Shown: positions 48,492 to 58,759, counted from the stretch's first letter. The stretch is 64,000 nt of DNA from an uncultured Clostridia bacterium (GCA_944383375.1 CALWPG010000004.1:42423-106422), one strand, 5' to 3'. Notes: a model not told the origin generated them from the letters alone. A program made the numbers and translations.

Positions 48492-49001
48492 CTAAATAAT
48501 AAACCTATTGTTATTCAAAATTTCCATATATGATTGCTCTATAGTCAGGTGGCTCGTATCTAAAATATTATCGTCGCTAAAATTCTCATCCTTCATCTCT
48601 TGCAATAAAATTAATGACCTTTCTCCCATTTGACAATCAATTGGTCTTAATTTGTCTCTTTGAACAATAGTTGCTTCGTCGACCATCGAACAAACAAATT
48701 TAATTTCACAAAAGGGAAAATTTTGTTTTATATCTTTAATTTGTTCCTTATCTAAGACATAATTAAAGACCACATCAAAACCTTCTTTGATTGAATTTTC
48801 AATTATGCTTTTACAATTATTCCAAAACAATCTCAGATGATTGCCTTGCTTCCAGGGACTGACATAACCACCCACAACAAGGTTGTATATTTCGTCACCT
48901 TCAATCAATATACTTTTTTCTAAATTTTCTGCAATTTTTTTTGAAATTGTGCTTTTCCCAATGCCTGCAGTACCTGTTATTAAAAATAGGGATATTGCCA
49001 T
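48492..49001 (-). CDS. P-loop NTPase/kinase-like protein
   Basis: Walker A GTAGIGKST. Small kinase-size protein of 169 aa from MAISLFLITG. Confidence 0.6.
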   Translation of the reverse strand: MAISLFLITGTAGIGKSTISKKIAENLEKSILIEGDEIYNLVVGGYVSPWKQGNHLRLFWNNCKSIIENSIKEGFDVVFNYVLDKEQIKDIKQNFPFCEIKFVCSMVDEATIVQRDKLRPIDCQMGERSLILLQEMKDENFSDDNILDTSHLTIEQSYMEILNNNRFII

Positions 49002-49015
49002 CTTCAGTTGGAGCG

Positions 49016-49222
49016 CTATTTGTGACTGAAAGTTAGACAATCTATTTGGCTTTCTCCTCGTTCTATGCCTCCCCCGACCATAGATATTTCATTTTTTTTA
49101 TTATTTTTTATTAATAAAATTTTTCCATTTCTTTCACATATTCCAAAACATGTCTCTCTAAAATCGAATTTTTGGTTATCAAATTTTTCGCCTATTGTTA
49201 TTACTTCCATATATCCATCCAA
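49016..49222 (-). pseudogene. Truncated NUDIX hydrolase remnant
   Basis: The 68-aa ORF contains only the start of a Nudix box (GGGIERGES), then a stop. The REXXEE part is missing, and the remnant abuts the P-loop gene. Confidence 0.5.
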
Positions 49223-49300
49223 GTTATTTATACCACATTAAATCGCAAACAGGCAAATATGTTTTAAAAAAATCGAGCACCAGAAAGCACCCGATAATTG

Positions 49301-49918
49301 TTATTTAATTAATTCTTCATTAAATTTAATTGAGTCTTTATAAATATTTTTTTCAATTTCTTTTGCATATTTGTCTTTAAGCTTAGGTTTTGAAAGTGTT
49401 TCGTATAGTTTTTCAAGTGAATTGATAAGATCTTGAGGCACATTATCACGTTTTGTATCAATGATATATGAGCCCACTTTATTGTGATTAACATGTTGCT
49501 GACGAGGACAATAGTACTCATCCCAATAAGGATCAAAATTTTCATCATAGTACATATCAATGTAAGTGATATCACCCAAATAATCTTCAATGATTCCTGC
49601 AAAAATTTTGTTATACTTGTCTTCTTTGTTTACCTTGATAAGGCGTGCTAACAATTTTACAAGCTTTGAATATGATTCTAATCTATCTTGTTCTTTTCTA
49701 TACAATTTTTCATATTCTTTTTTTCTTTCCAAAGTATTTACTAATTGACATTTAACACCATATTCAAGTCTTTCTTTGATAACTGCTTCCTCAAATAGAT
49801 AAACCAAGTCTTCTTTTGATAAATCTTTAAATTTAACTTTGCCTGTTTCTCTTAATAAATTGTCCTCATCTTTGAACATTTTTACGTCGTATAAATATTG
49901 CTTGTTAAACTTTCTCAT
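49301..49918 (-). CDS. Hypothetical protein
   Basis: 205 aa from MRKFNKQ (AGGAG RBS). Charged and helical. No motif recognised. Confidence 0.45.
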   Translation of the reverse strand: MRKFNKQYLYDVKMFKDEDNLLRETGKVKFKDLSKEDLVYLFEEAVIKERLEYGVKCQLVNTLERKKEYEKLYRKEQDRLESYSKLVKLLARLIKVNKEDKYNKIFAGIIEDYLGDITYIDMYYDENFDPYWDEYYCPRQQHVNHNKVGSYIIDTKRDNVPQDLINSLEKLYETLSKPKLKDKYAKEIEKNIYKDSIKFNEELIK

Positions 49919-49982
49919 CAATAATCTCCTATCATTAACAATATGATTTAAATGTATCATAGTTTACACTCAAAGTCAATAC

Positions 49983-50462
49983 TCAACTGTCAATTTCATG
50001 AAAGTCATGGCTTAGCATATTCATATTATTGTCAAAAGCAACTTTCCCCACAAAGTGCTTTCCTTCAAGCGCCATAGGTAGCCACAAAAGATCATCGGCA
50101 AGCATTTTTTCATATGGTATTTTATCTATATCGTACCACCTTGGAAACATTTCCTCGGTTTCCACAATTTCACCATCAAACTTTGTACAAGTGTAGATAT
50201 GCATGTACATATTCACATGCTCACCCTTGTACCATACGTCAAAATGAATTTTGCCTATCAGGGCATAATCTACAGGAGTTGCACCAATTTCCTCTTGGCA
50301 TTCTCTTACCATTGCCTGGTCAATGGTTTCACATTCGTCCTGCTTGCCTCCTATGCCATTTAATGTGCCTTTTGCAAAACCCCTTTTCTTTTCGCCAAGT
50401 AAAATCTGATTGTCTTTAAAAAATAATGTAAGTGTTGTGTTTATTGTTCTTAATTCTTCCAT
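49983..50462 (-). CDS. NUDIX hydrolase (MutT-like)
   Basis: Complete Nudix box GIGGKQDECETIDQAMVRECQEEIG. Confidence 0.85.
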   Translation of the reverse strand: MEELRTINTTLTLFFKDNQILLGEKKRGFAKGTLNGIGGKQDECETIDQAMVRECQEEIGATPVDYALIGKIHFDVWYKGEHVNMYMHIYTCTKFDGEIVETEEMFPRWYDIDKIPYEKMLADDLLWLPMALEGKHFVGKVAFDNNMNMLSHDFHEIDS

Positions 50463-50663
50463 ATATTCCTCCTAAAAAAAATGTTTTTTGCTGTTGAATT
50501 TACCTCCTTTTTTTTCTACGACAATTTTAACAGCAAATAAATTGCGTATCAAGATTGCCATTCTTAGAATATAAATTCTCACAAAAAACGCAAATTGGAA
50601 TGGTCGAATAAAATGCATTATTATGCTATCATTTTTTGACAATTTTGTCAATAACAATAATAT

Positions 50664-50702
50664 TAAAAAAGTACTCGATAAAGTTTAACTTTTACGAGTA
50701 CT
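50664..50702 (-). terminator. Rho-independent terminator after ppdK
   Basis: Minus-strand AGTACTCG, 17-nt loop, CGAGTACT, followed by TTTTTT. Confidence 0.6.
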
Positions 50703-50722
50703 TCTGAAATCATAAAACAATA

Positions 50723-53344
50723 TTATTTGTTCCTAATTGCCGCTTGCGCTGCTGCGAGGCGTGCAATTGGCACTCTGTATGGTGAACATGAGACATAGGT
50801 TAGTCCAACTCTGTGGAAGAAATCGATTGATTGAGGATCTCCACCATGTTCGCCACAGACACCAAGTTTAATGTCAGGACGTGTGGATTTGCCAAGTTTA
50901 ACAGCCATGTCAACAAGTTTGCCAACCCCTTTTTCATCAACGTGAGCAAATGGATCGTTATCAAAAAGTTTTTTGTCATAATAAGCATCCAAGAACTTAC
51001 CAGCATCGTCACGGCTAAAGCCAAATGTCATTTGAGTTAAGTCATTTGTTCCAAATGAGAAGAACTCTGCAGTCTTGGCAATTTCGTCAGCTGTGAGTGC
51101 TGCACGAGGAATTTCAATCATGGTACCAATCTTATAGTCTAGTTTTTCACCACTAGCCTTGATTACCTCATCTGCAGTTTGTGCCACAATGTCACGAACA
51201 TAATTGAATTCTTTTGATTCACAAGTGAGTGGAATCATTATCTCTGGATGGATGTCATAACCATCTTCTCTTTTTACTGTGAGCGCTGCCTCGATCACTG
51301 CACGAGTTTGCATTCTTGCAATCTCAGGATATGTCACAGCAAGTCTAAGTCCACGATGACCCATCATTGGGTTAAATTCATGCAAACTTTCAACAGTATG
51401 TTTGAGTTTTTCAAAAGTCAAGCCCATATCCTTTGCAAGATCACGAATTTCATCATCTGTGTGAGGTAAAAACTCATGTAGAGGTGGATCCAAAAATCTT
51501 ATCGTTACTGGTTTACCTTTCATTGCTTTGTATAGACCTATGAAATCTTTTCTCTGCATAGGAAGAAGCTTACTAAGTGCCTTTTCTCTCTCTTCTACGG
51601 TGGAGGAAACAATCATCTCTCTAACTGCTGGGATACGATCTGCTTCAAAGAACATATGCTCTGTTCTGCACAGGCCTATTCCCTCTGCACCAAAGTTATA
51701 GGCTACTTCTGCATCACGAGGATTGTCTGCATTTGTGCGCACTTGTAATCTACGTGCATTATCTGCCCACTCCATGATGGTGGCAAAGTCTCCAGAAACT
51801 TCGGCTGGTTTTGTGTTTATTTTTCTGCCATAAACATTTCCTGTGGAACCATCAAAGGCAATTTCATCACCTTCGTGATATGTCTTTCCTGAAATTGTAC
51901 ATATCTTATTTTCTTCATCCACCGAAAGGCTGCCACATCCAGCAACACAAGCAGTTCCCATCCCACGAGCGACAACTGCCGCATGCGATGTCATACCGCC
52001 ACGAGCAGTCAAAACTCCTTGGCTAACTGCCATGCCCTCGATATCTTCTGGTGAAGTTTCAAGACGAACAAGAACGACTTTCTCTTTATTACTGCTGAGC
52101 TCTTTTGCCCTCTCTGCTGTGAAAACAATTTTGCCAGTTGCTGCGCCTGGTGAAGCTGGAAGGCCATGTGCGATGACTTCTGCATTTTTTAGGTCGGCTT
52201 CATCAAAAGTTGGATGAAGCAATGCATCAAGTTGTTTTGGGTCAAGCATGAGCAATGCTTGATCTTTGTTTATTCTGCCCTCATTTACAAGATCAACAGC
52301 AATTTTAAGGGCAGCTTTGGCTGTACGTTTACCATTTCTTGTTTGAAGCATATAAAGTTTACCCTTTTCAATTGTAAACTCCATATCTTGCATATCGTTG
52401 TAGTGATTTTCCAAAATTTCACAAATTTCAGTAAATTGTTTGTAAATCTCTGGATTTTGTTGCTCAAGGGTTGAGATAGGATTTGGTGTTCTTATACCAG
52501 CCACAACATCTTCACCCTGTGCATTCATAAGATATTCGCCAAACAACTTCTTTTCGCCAGTTGCAGGATTACGTGTGAACGCAACACCTGTTCCACTGGT
52601 TTCGCCCATATTTCCAAAAACCATGGTTTGAACATTTACAGCAGTACCCCAACTTGATGGGATATCATTCATACGGCGATAGACATTGGCTCTTGGATTA
52701 TCCCATGATCTAAACACGGCTTTAACAGCCTCAATAAGTTGTGTCTTTGGATCTGTAGGAAAGTCGCAATTCATTTCTTTTTTGTAAAATTCTTTAAACT
52801 TTGCAACCATTTCTTTTAGATCTTCGGCAGAAAATTCAATGTCAAGCTTGATGCCACGAGCTTCTTTCATTTCGTCAATAATTCTTTCAAATCTTGACTT
52901 GTCAAGTCCCATGACGACATCACTAAACATCTGAATAAATCTTCTGTAACTATCATAAGCAAAACGTTCATTGCCAGTAAGTTCGCTTAGTCCAACAACA
53001 ACTTCATCATTTATACCAAGATTGAGTATTGTATCCATCATGCCAGGCATGGATGCTCTTGCGCCCGAACGTACAGAAACAAGAAGTGGATTTTTTTTGT
53101 CGCCGAACTTTTTGCCGGTGATCTCTTCTAGTTTTTTAAGTCCCTCTTGAACCTGTGCAATCACTTCGTCACTCAATTTTTTGCCATCATCATAATACTT
53201 TGTGCAGGCTTCTGTCGTGACAGTGAATCCCTGTGGCACTGGAAGTCCAATATTGGTCATTTCTGCAAGGTTTGCACCTTTGCCACCAAGAAGGTTACGC
53301 ATCGATGCGTTTCCCTCACTAAAAAGATAAACGTATTTTGTCAT
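50723..53344 (-). CDS. ppdK: Pyruvate, phosphate dikinase
   Basis: Phosphohistidine motif GGMTSHAAVVARG and PEP-utilising C-terminus GVCGEHGGDP. Start set to MTKYVYLF. Confidence 0.95.
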   Translation of the reverse strand: MTKYVYLFSEGNASMRNLLGGKGANLAEMTNIGLPVPQGFTVTTEACTKYYDDGKKLSDEVIAQVQEGLKKLEEITGKKFGDKKNPLLVSVRSGARASMPGMMDTILNLGINDEVVVGLSELTGNERFAYDSYRRFIQMFSDVVMGLDKSRFERIIDEMKEARGIKLDIEFSAEDLKEMVAKFKEFYKKEMNCDFPTDPKTQLIEAVKAVFRSWDNPRANVYRRMNDIPSSWGTAVNVQTMVFGNMGETSGTGVAFTRNPATGEKKLFGEYLMNAQGEDVVAGIRTPNPISTLEQQNPEIYKQFTEICEILENHYNDMQDMEFTIEKGKLYMLQTRNGKRTAKAALKIAVDLVNEGRINKDQALLMLDPKQLDALLHPTFDEADLKNAEVIAHGLPASPGAATGKIVFTAERAKELSSNKEKVVLVRLETSPEDIEGMAVSQGVLTARGGMTSHAAVVARGMGTACVAGCGSLSVDEENKICTISGKTYHEGDEIAFDGSTGNVYGRKINTKPAEVSGDFATIMEWADNARRLQVRTNADNPRDAEVAYNFGAEGIGLCRTEHMFFEADRIPAVREMIVSSTVEEREKALSKLLPMQRKDFIGLYKAMKGKPVTIRFLDPPLHEFLPHTDDEIRDLAKDMGLTFEKLKHTVESLHEFNPMMGHRGLRLAVTYPEIARMQTRAVIEAALTVKREDGYDIHPEIMIPLTCESKEFNYVRDIVAQTADEVIKASGEKLDYKIGTMIEIPRAALTADEIAKTAEFFSFGTNDLTQMTFGFSRDDAGKFLDAYYDKKLFDNDPFAHVDEKGVGKLVDMAVKLGKSTRPDIKLGVCGEHGGDPQSIDFFHRVGLTYVSCSPYRVPIARLAAAQAAIRNK

Positions 53345-53416
53345 TTTTCCTCCATTTTTCAAACTTAGATAGTTTAAAACATTAAAAAAAAATAAGCAAA
53401 TAAATTATGCTTATTT

Positions 53417-54127
53417 TTATAGTAACTTCAATTTTTTGTTAAATCGCCTATCAAAATTGATATTTAAAATGTTCAGCACTTCATCCTCGCTGCCTTTGGC
53501 AAGTTTTAGTGTGGATAATTTTTTATAATCTGTGGTATTTAGAAGTTTAAGCGCAGTGCCTACCCTTGACGATACCTCAATGCAATTTGCCGCTTTGCAG
53601 CCCAGGCAAACAATTTCTCCAAAGTCTAGATTAAGATATCTTTTTCCAGAAAATTTTTCTCCACAGACAGAGCATGCGTCCATCGCCAAACGATACCCCA
53701 TGGCAGAAAAAATTGAAAGCAAATATTTTATCAAAACATACTTGTCGTTGACATTGCCATAGGCTATTGTTCCAAGCGCTTTTAATGTCTCTAAAAACAA
53801 GGGTGTATTCTCCACGCCTTCTCCAGCGACGGTGTTTACTACCTCCAAAATGGCACAGGCGATGTAATATTTGTCGATGTCCTGGCTGAGTTCAAAAAAA
53901 TTGTTTTGAACATCAACTCCAGTGATGACATTGGAAGGTGTTTCAATAAAAAAATCACCAAAGCAAAATAACTCTTTGGCAAATTTTAACTTGGCTTTTG
54001 GTGATTTGACTGAACGCAATACACCATAAATTTTGCCCTTTTCAAGCGAAAATAAAGTTACACGCTTGTCCTTTTCCTTATAGTCACTACTGCCAATTAC
54101 GATGGCTTTGACTTTTATACTACCCAC
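53417..54127 (-). CDS. recO: DNA repair protein RecO
   Basis: OB-fold N-terminus, Zn-finger CSVCG...CLGC, and position after era-yqzL. Confidence 0.85.
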   Translation of the reverse strand: MGSIKVKAIVIGSSDYKEKDKRVTLFSLEKGKIYGVLRSVKSPKAKLKFAKELFCFGDFFIETPSNVITGVDVQNNFFELSQDIDKYYIACAILEVVNTVAGEGVENTPLFLETLKALGTIAYGNVNDKYVLIKYLLSIFSAMGYRLAMDACSVCGEKFSGKRYLNLDFGEIVCLGCKAANCIEVSSRVGTALKLLNTTDYKKLSTLKLAKGSEDEVLNILNINFDRRFNKKLKLL

Positions 54128-54291
54128 TATAATTCCATTCCCTGATCTTGCAACTGTTCGTTTGCGTAAAAGTCCAATACCTTCTCATCACTATGTTGAA
54201 CAGCAAAATACAAAAGATATACATTCACATTTCCAGTACTTGAAAATATATCCCAAAGTTTTTTTGCATTGTCCGAAACAAATTTTTCCAT
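54127..54291 (-). CDS. YqzL-like small protein (54 aa, not in the ORF track)
   Basis: MEKFVSDNAKKLWDIFSSTGNVNVYLLYFAVQ... AAAGGTG RBS. Occupies the conserved era-yqzL-recO slot. Confidence 0.6.
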   Translation of the reverse strand: MEKFVSDNAKKLWDIFSSTGNVNVYLLYFAVQHSDEKVLDFYANEQLQDQGMEL

Positions 54292-54362
54292 AGTTCACCT
54301 TTTTGTATGTCGACTTTACATCTTCATTATACTATTACTATATGCAAAAACAAAGAAAAAAT

Positions 54363-55268
54363 TTACAAATCTTCATTTTTGTATCCAAATTCCGTCAAAA
54401 AATTTAAGTTTTCTCGCCAATCCTTCTTCACTTTTACAAAAAGTTTCAAAAGGACTTGGGTTTGAGTGATGTCCTCAATGTCTTTCCTTGCGCTCTCACC
54501 TATTTTTTTTATCATACTACCTTTTTTGCCGATAATGATGCTTTTGTGGCTGTCTCTTTCGCAAATTATGTCAGCCTCAACTACGCATAAATTTGGTTTT
54601 TGAGTGAAATTTGTGATGTTGACACTTATTCCATGAGGTATTTCATCGTTGAGATAATATAATGCCTTTTCTCTCACAATCTCGCTTATGATAAACTTAA
54701 GAGATTTGTCGGTGTAATAATCTTCGTCATAGGCAAAGTTTTTTTGTTCACTTTCTGGAAGAAAATCAAGAAGAAGGTTTAAGAGTTTTTCTGTATTCTC
54801 TCCCTGCTTGGCACTGATTGGCAAAATTTCATCCACAGAGCATGACTGTGCCAAAACTGATATCATTGGCAAAAGGTTTTCCTTTTTGAAAATGTCCACC
54901 TTATTTAAAACCACGACCACAGGCACATCAAATTTTTGTTTTAAGTTTTTTATATAGTCAATTTCCTCTTGCCCTATTTTTTTTGTCGCATCAATGACGT
55001 ATACAATAATATCTGCGCCGCTTTGAGCACTGCGAATGTTTTTGTTCATGAACTTGTCCAGTGCATTTTTAGATTTATGCACACCAGGGGTGTCAATAAA
55101 CACAAGTTGGTAAGTTTGCGTTGTCAAAATGCCAAGGATGTTATTTCTTGTGGTTTGAGCTTTTGGAGAGACAATCGCAACCTTGTTTTTGGTCAAAAAA
55201 TTGACCAACGTGCTTTTACCTGCATTTGGTTTGCCAACTACTGCAATGTACCCAAATTTATACTTCAT
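54363..55268 (-). CDS. era: GTPase Era
   Basis: G1 GKPNAGKST, G3 DTPG, G4 NKVD, and a C-terminal KH domain. Confidence 0.95.
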   Translation of the reverse strand: MKYKFGYIAVVGKPNAGKSTLVNFLTKNKVAIVSPKAQTTRNNILGILTTQTYQLVFIDTPGVHKSKNALDKFMNKNIRSAQSGADIIVYVIDATKKIGQEEIDYIKNLKQKFDVPVVVVLNKVDIFKKENLLPMISVLAQSCSVDEILPISAKQGENTEKLLNLLLDFLPESEQKNFAYDEDYYTDKSLKFIISEIVREKALYYLNDEIPHGISVNITNFTQKPNLCVVEADIICERDSHKSIIIGKKGSMIKKIGESARKDIEDITQTQVLLKLFVKVKKDWRENLNFLTEFGYKNEDL

Positions 55269-55729
55269 CTGTTGACTTTCGCCTCTTTTAAAATTTTATC
55301 TGAAAGCGTGAACATGACTTTCTCTTCTTCACTTGTCATGTGATCGTAACCTAAAAGATGCAACAAACCATGCAAACTCAAAAAGCAGATCTCGCGCAAT
55401 ATGGAATGTCCAAAATTTGTCGCCTGCTCTTTTGCACGCACTTTGCAAATAACTATGTCACCTATGTCGCTTTGCGTGCCTTCGTCCAGCATCTCGCCGA
55501 CTTTCAACTCATCACTTTCAAAAAGTGGAAAAGAAAGTACATCAGTGACCTTGTCAACACCTCTAAACTCATTGTTTAGGCGTTTTATCTCTCTTTGAGA
55601 GACAAAAGTGATGTTGACGGAGATGTTTTTCTTTGTGTGCGTCTTTTTTAATGCGATTTCAAAAATTTTTGAGATGTTTTGTGTCAACTCTTTGTCTTTT
55701 AAGCCGTTAAAGTTAATTTTCATGTTCAC
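55265..55729 (-). CDS. ybeY: rRNA maturation endoribonuclease YbeY
   Basis: HGLLHLLGYDH metal-binding motif. Confidence 0.9.
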   Translation of the reverse strand: MNMKINFNGLKDKELTQNISKIFEIALKKTHTKKNISVNITFVSQREIKRLNNEFRGVDKVTDVLSFPLFESDELKVGEMLDEGTQSDIGDIVICKVRAKEQATNFGHSILREICFLSLHGLLHLLGYDHMTSEEEKVMFTLSDKILKEAKVNR

Positions 55730-55730
55730 C

Positions 55731-56837
55731 CTATGCTATTTTTTTGCTAGCCGTGATTGTGAATTCAATGACGTGATAGCCATCAAAATCACGCACAACA
55801 TAGCTTTCATTTTTAATTATGTCATAATTTTTCACATTTAGCAAGGCAATTTCACGTGTTTGCATGGCATAGATTTGTTCATTTTCAGCAAAGTTGGTGT
55901 CAATGTAGCTTTCCGTGTACTCGTGGTATTCGTCATATTTTATTTTAATTGGAAGAAGCGTGTCAGAAATGTAGACCTCTTTACTTTCAACATCATAATG
56001 CTCATAGCTTACTTCATTTTCAACACTGTAAAGTGGCAAGCCTAAAAATGAAATTTGGTAGTTTTTGATGACGTTTCCCGTGTAGCTTTTTTCAATCCTT
56101 TGGTCGTACACCGTCAAAGAGGAAGTGATATACACATCTGCCACGACATCTGCAAGTGGCTGAACGCTTCGAGTGTCGCCATTGCTGTCGGTGGAATATG
56201 GATAGACGAGTATGTCGCCGACCTTCACAATATCCCCCACACCAACGGCCAAGGTACCTTGAATGAGCTTTATGGAAGTTATCATGCCATCGTATACGGA
56301 TACAAGTGGTGCAAAATTTCCTGAATTGACTATTTCAGAGTTGGTGAGTTGCTCCCTCACATTTATTATGAGTGCATTGCCCCGTATGACAATGCTAACG
56401 TAACTGACATAATCTATGCTTTCGATGGCGTTTTCAAGCTTTTTTATGTCCACACTGGACTTAAACATAAGGTTTTGAATATTGTTTTGCTTGAGTGTTT
56501 CATAAATCTTCTGCTCTGTGAAATCGATGTCACCCATGACTATCACATCGGTTATAAAAAAACTTGATACTATCCAAAGCACAGCACTCACCACAAGCCC
56601 AAGCACTATGCCCACACTGCAAAAGGGTTTGAAAATCCCAGTCATTTTGACCGCTTTGTATGCCGTTTTGTCGAGCCCCATGAATTTGAGAGTTTTGAGT
56701 ATGTTCTTCCTGTCCTTGTCATGACAACAAAATGTCACCTTTTCCTCTGATTTTGTGACATCAAAAATGGTATATTTAGTTGAGAGTTTACTTATGACCC
56801 TTTCAGTGTTTCTGGGAGAAATTTCAAATTTATACAT
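55731..56837 (-). CDS. yqfD: Sporulation protein YqfD
   Basis: 368 aa with a single central TM helix. Follows yqfC, as in Bacilli and Clostridia. Confidence 0.7.
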   Translation of the reverse strand: MYKFEISPRNTERVISKLSTKYTIFDVTKSEEKVTFCCHDKDRKNILKTLKFMGLDKTAYKAVKMTGIFKPFCSVGIVLGLVVSAVLWIVSSFFITDVIVMGDIDFTEQKIYETLKQNNIQNLMFKSSVDIKKLENAIESIDYVSYVSIVIRGNALIINVREQLTNSEIVNSGNFAPLVSVYDGMITSIKLIQGTLAVGVGDIVKVGDILVYPYSTDSNGDTRSVQPLADVVADVYITSSLTVYDQRIEKSYTGNVIKNYQISFLGLPLYSVENEVSYEHYDVESKEVYISDTLLPIKIKYDEYHEYTESYIDTNFAENEQIYAMQTREIALLNVKNYDIIKNESYVVRDFDGYHVIEFTITASKKIA

Positions 56838-57109
56838 TATTTACTCTCTATGCTCTCGATTTTTCCAACAATGCAAACAGTGCTTCCACTTATTTTTTTC
56901 AGCTTCAGATTTTGTCCAAGCACCTCCACTAGCCCACCCTTTATGCGAATGGACATGCTTTCACTGGATATTTTGACCACGCCTTTTTGCCCCTCGATGT
57001 AGACGAGTTTGTTGGACATATTGATGATGTTGAAACTACTCACACCATCAATTTCAAGACCATAATCTGCAATAAGTTCACTAAAAAAATTAAACACCGT
57101 TTGCCTCAA
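56837..57109 (-). CDS. yqfC: Sporulation protein YqfC
   Basis: 90 aa. YabP/YqfC-like repeat pattern (LVYIEGQKGVVKISSESMSIRIKGG). Lies upstream of yqfD. Confidence 0.65.
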   Translation of the reverse strand: MRQTVFNFFSELIADYGLEIDGVSSFNIINMSNKLVYIEGQKGVVKISSESMSIRIKGGLVEVLGQNLKLKKISGSTVCIVGKIESIESK

Positions 57110-57194
57110 AATAAGATATGTATTCCATTATGTACATATGCCAAAAAGCCTTGACAAAAAAATGCCATGATTATATCATATTGTGAGGTTAATT

Positions 57195-58670
57195 ATGGAA
57201 GTTAGAACACGTTTTGCACCAAGCCCAACGGGCTATATGCACATAGGAAATTTACGCACTGCACTGTTTGCTTATCTTTTTGCAAAGCACAACGGTGGCA
57301 AGTTTATTTTAAGAATTGAGGACACCGACCAAAAACGTTATGTTGAGGGCGCGACAAAAGTCATATATGACACACTCAAAATCGCCAACTTAAAGCACGA
57401 TGAAGGCCCTGATGTTGGTGGAGAGTATGGCCCTTATGTTCAAAGTGAAAGAAAAGAGATTTATGCTAAATACGCACATATGCTTTTGGAGAGTGGACAT
57501 GCGTACTATTGTTTTTGCGATGAAGATGAAAAGGAAGAGCAAGGCTTTGGCTACAACAGACATTGCAGGAATTTGAGTCTGGAGGAAATCCAAAAAAACC
57601 TTGACGAGAAAAAGCCATATGTCATAAGACAAAAAGTTCCACTAACAGGCACCACCACCTTCCATGACGAAGTGTATGGCACCATAACTGTGGAAAATGA
57701 CAGCCTTGATGACCAAGTGCTGCTCAAACGTGACGGTATGCCTACATACAACTTTGCAAATGTGGTGGACGATCACCTTATGAATATCACCCACGTCATC
57801 CGTGGCAAGGAATATATCTCTTCAACACCAAAATACCAACTTTTGTATGAAGCTTTTGGGTGGCAACCACCAAAGACCATTCACCTTTCCACTATCATGG
57901 GCAGAAACGAAGATGGCAGTGTCAGCAAACTCAGCAAACGTCACGGCTCTGTGAGTTTCAACAATTTGCTTGAAGAAGGCTATTTAAGCGAGGCAATCGT
58001 CAACTACATCTCACTTCTTGGCTGGAACCCAAAGAGCGAGCAAGAACTCTTCTCTCTTGACGAACTCATCCAGCATTTTGATATCGACGGCATTGTCAAA
58101 AGCGATGCAATTTTTGACTACAAAAAATTGGACTGGTTCAATGCTCAGTACATCCAAAAGTTGGACCACAAAAGCTTTGTTGAAAAAAGTTTGCCTTACA
58201 CCAAAAATTTGCCAAAATTCATACAACAAAAATGGGAGTTTGCCTCCACCTTGGCACAGTCACGTATAAACAAATTTAGTGATATTCAACCACTGTTTGA
58301 ATTTTTGGACAATTTTAAAATCGACACAAATCTTTTTGAAAATAAGAAAAATAAACTTGATAAGCAAACATCACTGGATATTTTGAAAGATATGTTCCCA
58401 CTTCTTGCCAGCGCAGATTTTGAGGTTGAAAAATTAAACCACTTGCTTGCAAAATATGCCACCGACCACGAGATGAAAATTGGCAAACTCATGTGGCCTG
58501 TCCGCATTGCAGTGACTGCAAACACGGTGACCCCAGGTGGTGCTGGTGAAATGCTGTATCTACTTGGAAAAGAAGAGTCAATTTTGCGCCTTAAAGCCAG
58601 CATACAACGTTTGACAAGATCACGACGCAAACCAAGAATAAATACTGATGAAACAAAGGCTGGCAAATAA
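57195..58670 (+). CDS. gltX: Glutamate--tRNA ligase
   Basis: HIGH-type PTGYMHIGNLRTA and KLSKR motifs. Start ATG 57195. Confidence 0.95.
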   Translation: MEVRTRFAPSPTGYMHIGNLRTALFAYLFAKHNGGKFILRIEDTDQKRYVEGATKVIYDTLKIANLKHDEGPDVGGEYGPYVQSERKEIYAKYAHMLLESGHAYYCFCDEDEKEEQGFGYNRHCRNLSLEEIQKNLDEKKPYVIRQKVPLTGTTTFHDEVYGTITVENDSLDDQVLLKRDGMPTYNFANVVDDHLMNITHVIRGKEYISSTPKYQLLYEAFGWQPPKTIHLSTIMGRNEDGSVSKLSKRHGSVSFNNLLEEGYLSEAIVNYISLLGWNPKSEQELFSLDELIQHFDIDGIVKSDAIFDYKKLDWFNAQYIQKLDHKSFVEKSLPYTKNLPKFIQQKWEFASTLAQSRINKFSDIQPLFEFLDNFKIDTNLFENKKNKLDKQTSLDILKDMFPLLASADFEVEKLNHLLAKYATDHEMKIGKLMWPVRIAVTANTVTPGGAGEMLYLLGKEESILRLKASIQRLTRSRRKPRINTDETKAGK

Positions 58671-58688
58671 GACAACACATTGTCATGT

Positions 58689-58759
58689 GTCACTCCGAGC
58701 CTTGCTTACAGAGACGGACAAGCGAGGAGTCCCTGAGATTTCTCAGTGCGAGGAATCTC
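58689..58759 (+). repeat. Hairpin-repeat family: one full copy plus fragments upstream of the RT
   Basis: GTC-ACTCC-GA-G...C-GA-GGAGT, then fragments GAGATTTCTC and CGAGGAATCTC. Same family as the 60208-60575 field. Confidence 0.7.

Noticed and set aside
50472-50657. A 61-aa ORF in the leader of the NUDIX gene.
   Set aside because: It has no RBS and a hydrophobic low-complexity product. It overlaps promoter-like boxes and the TTGACAA/TTGTCAA palindrome, so this is more likely 5' UTR.
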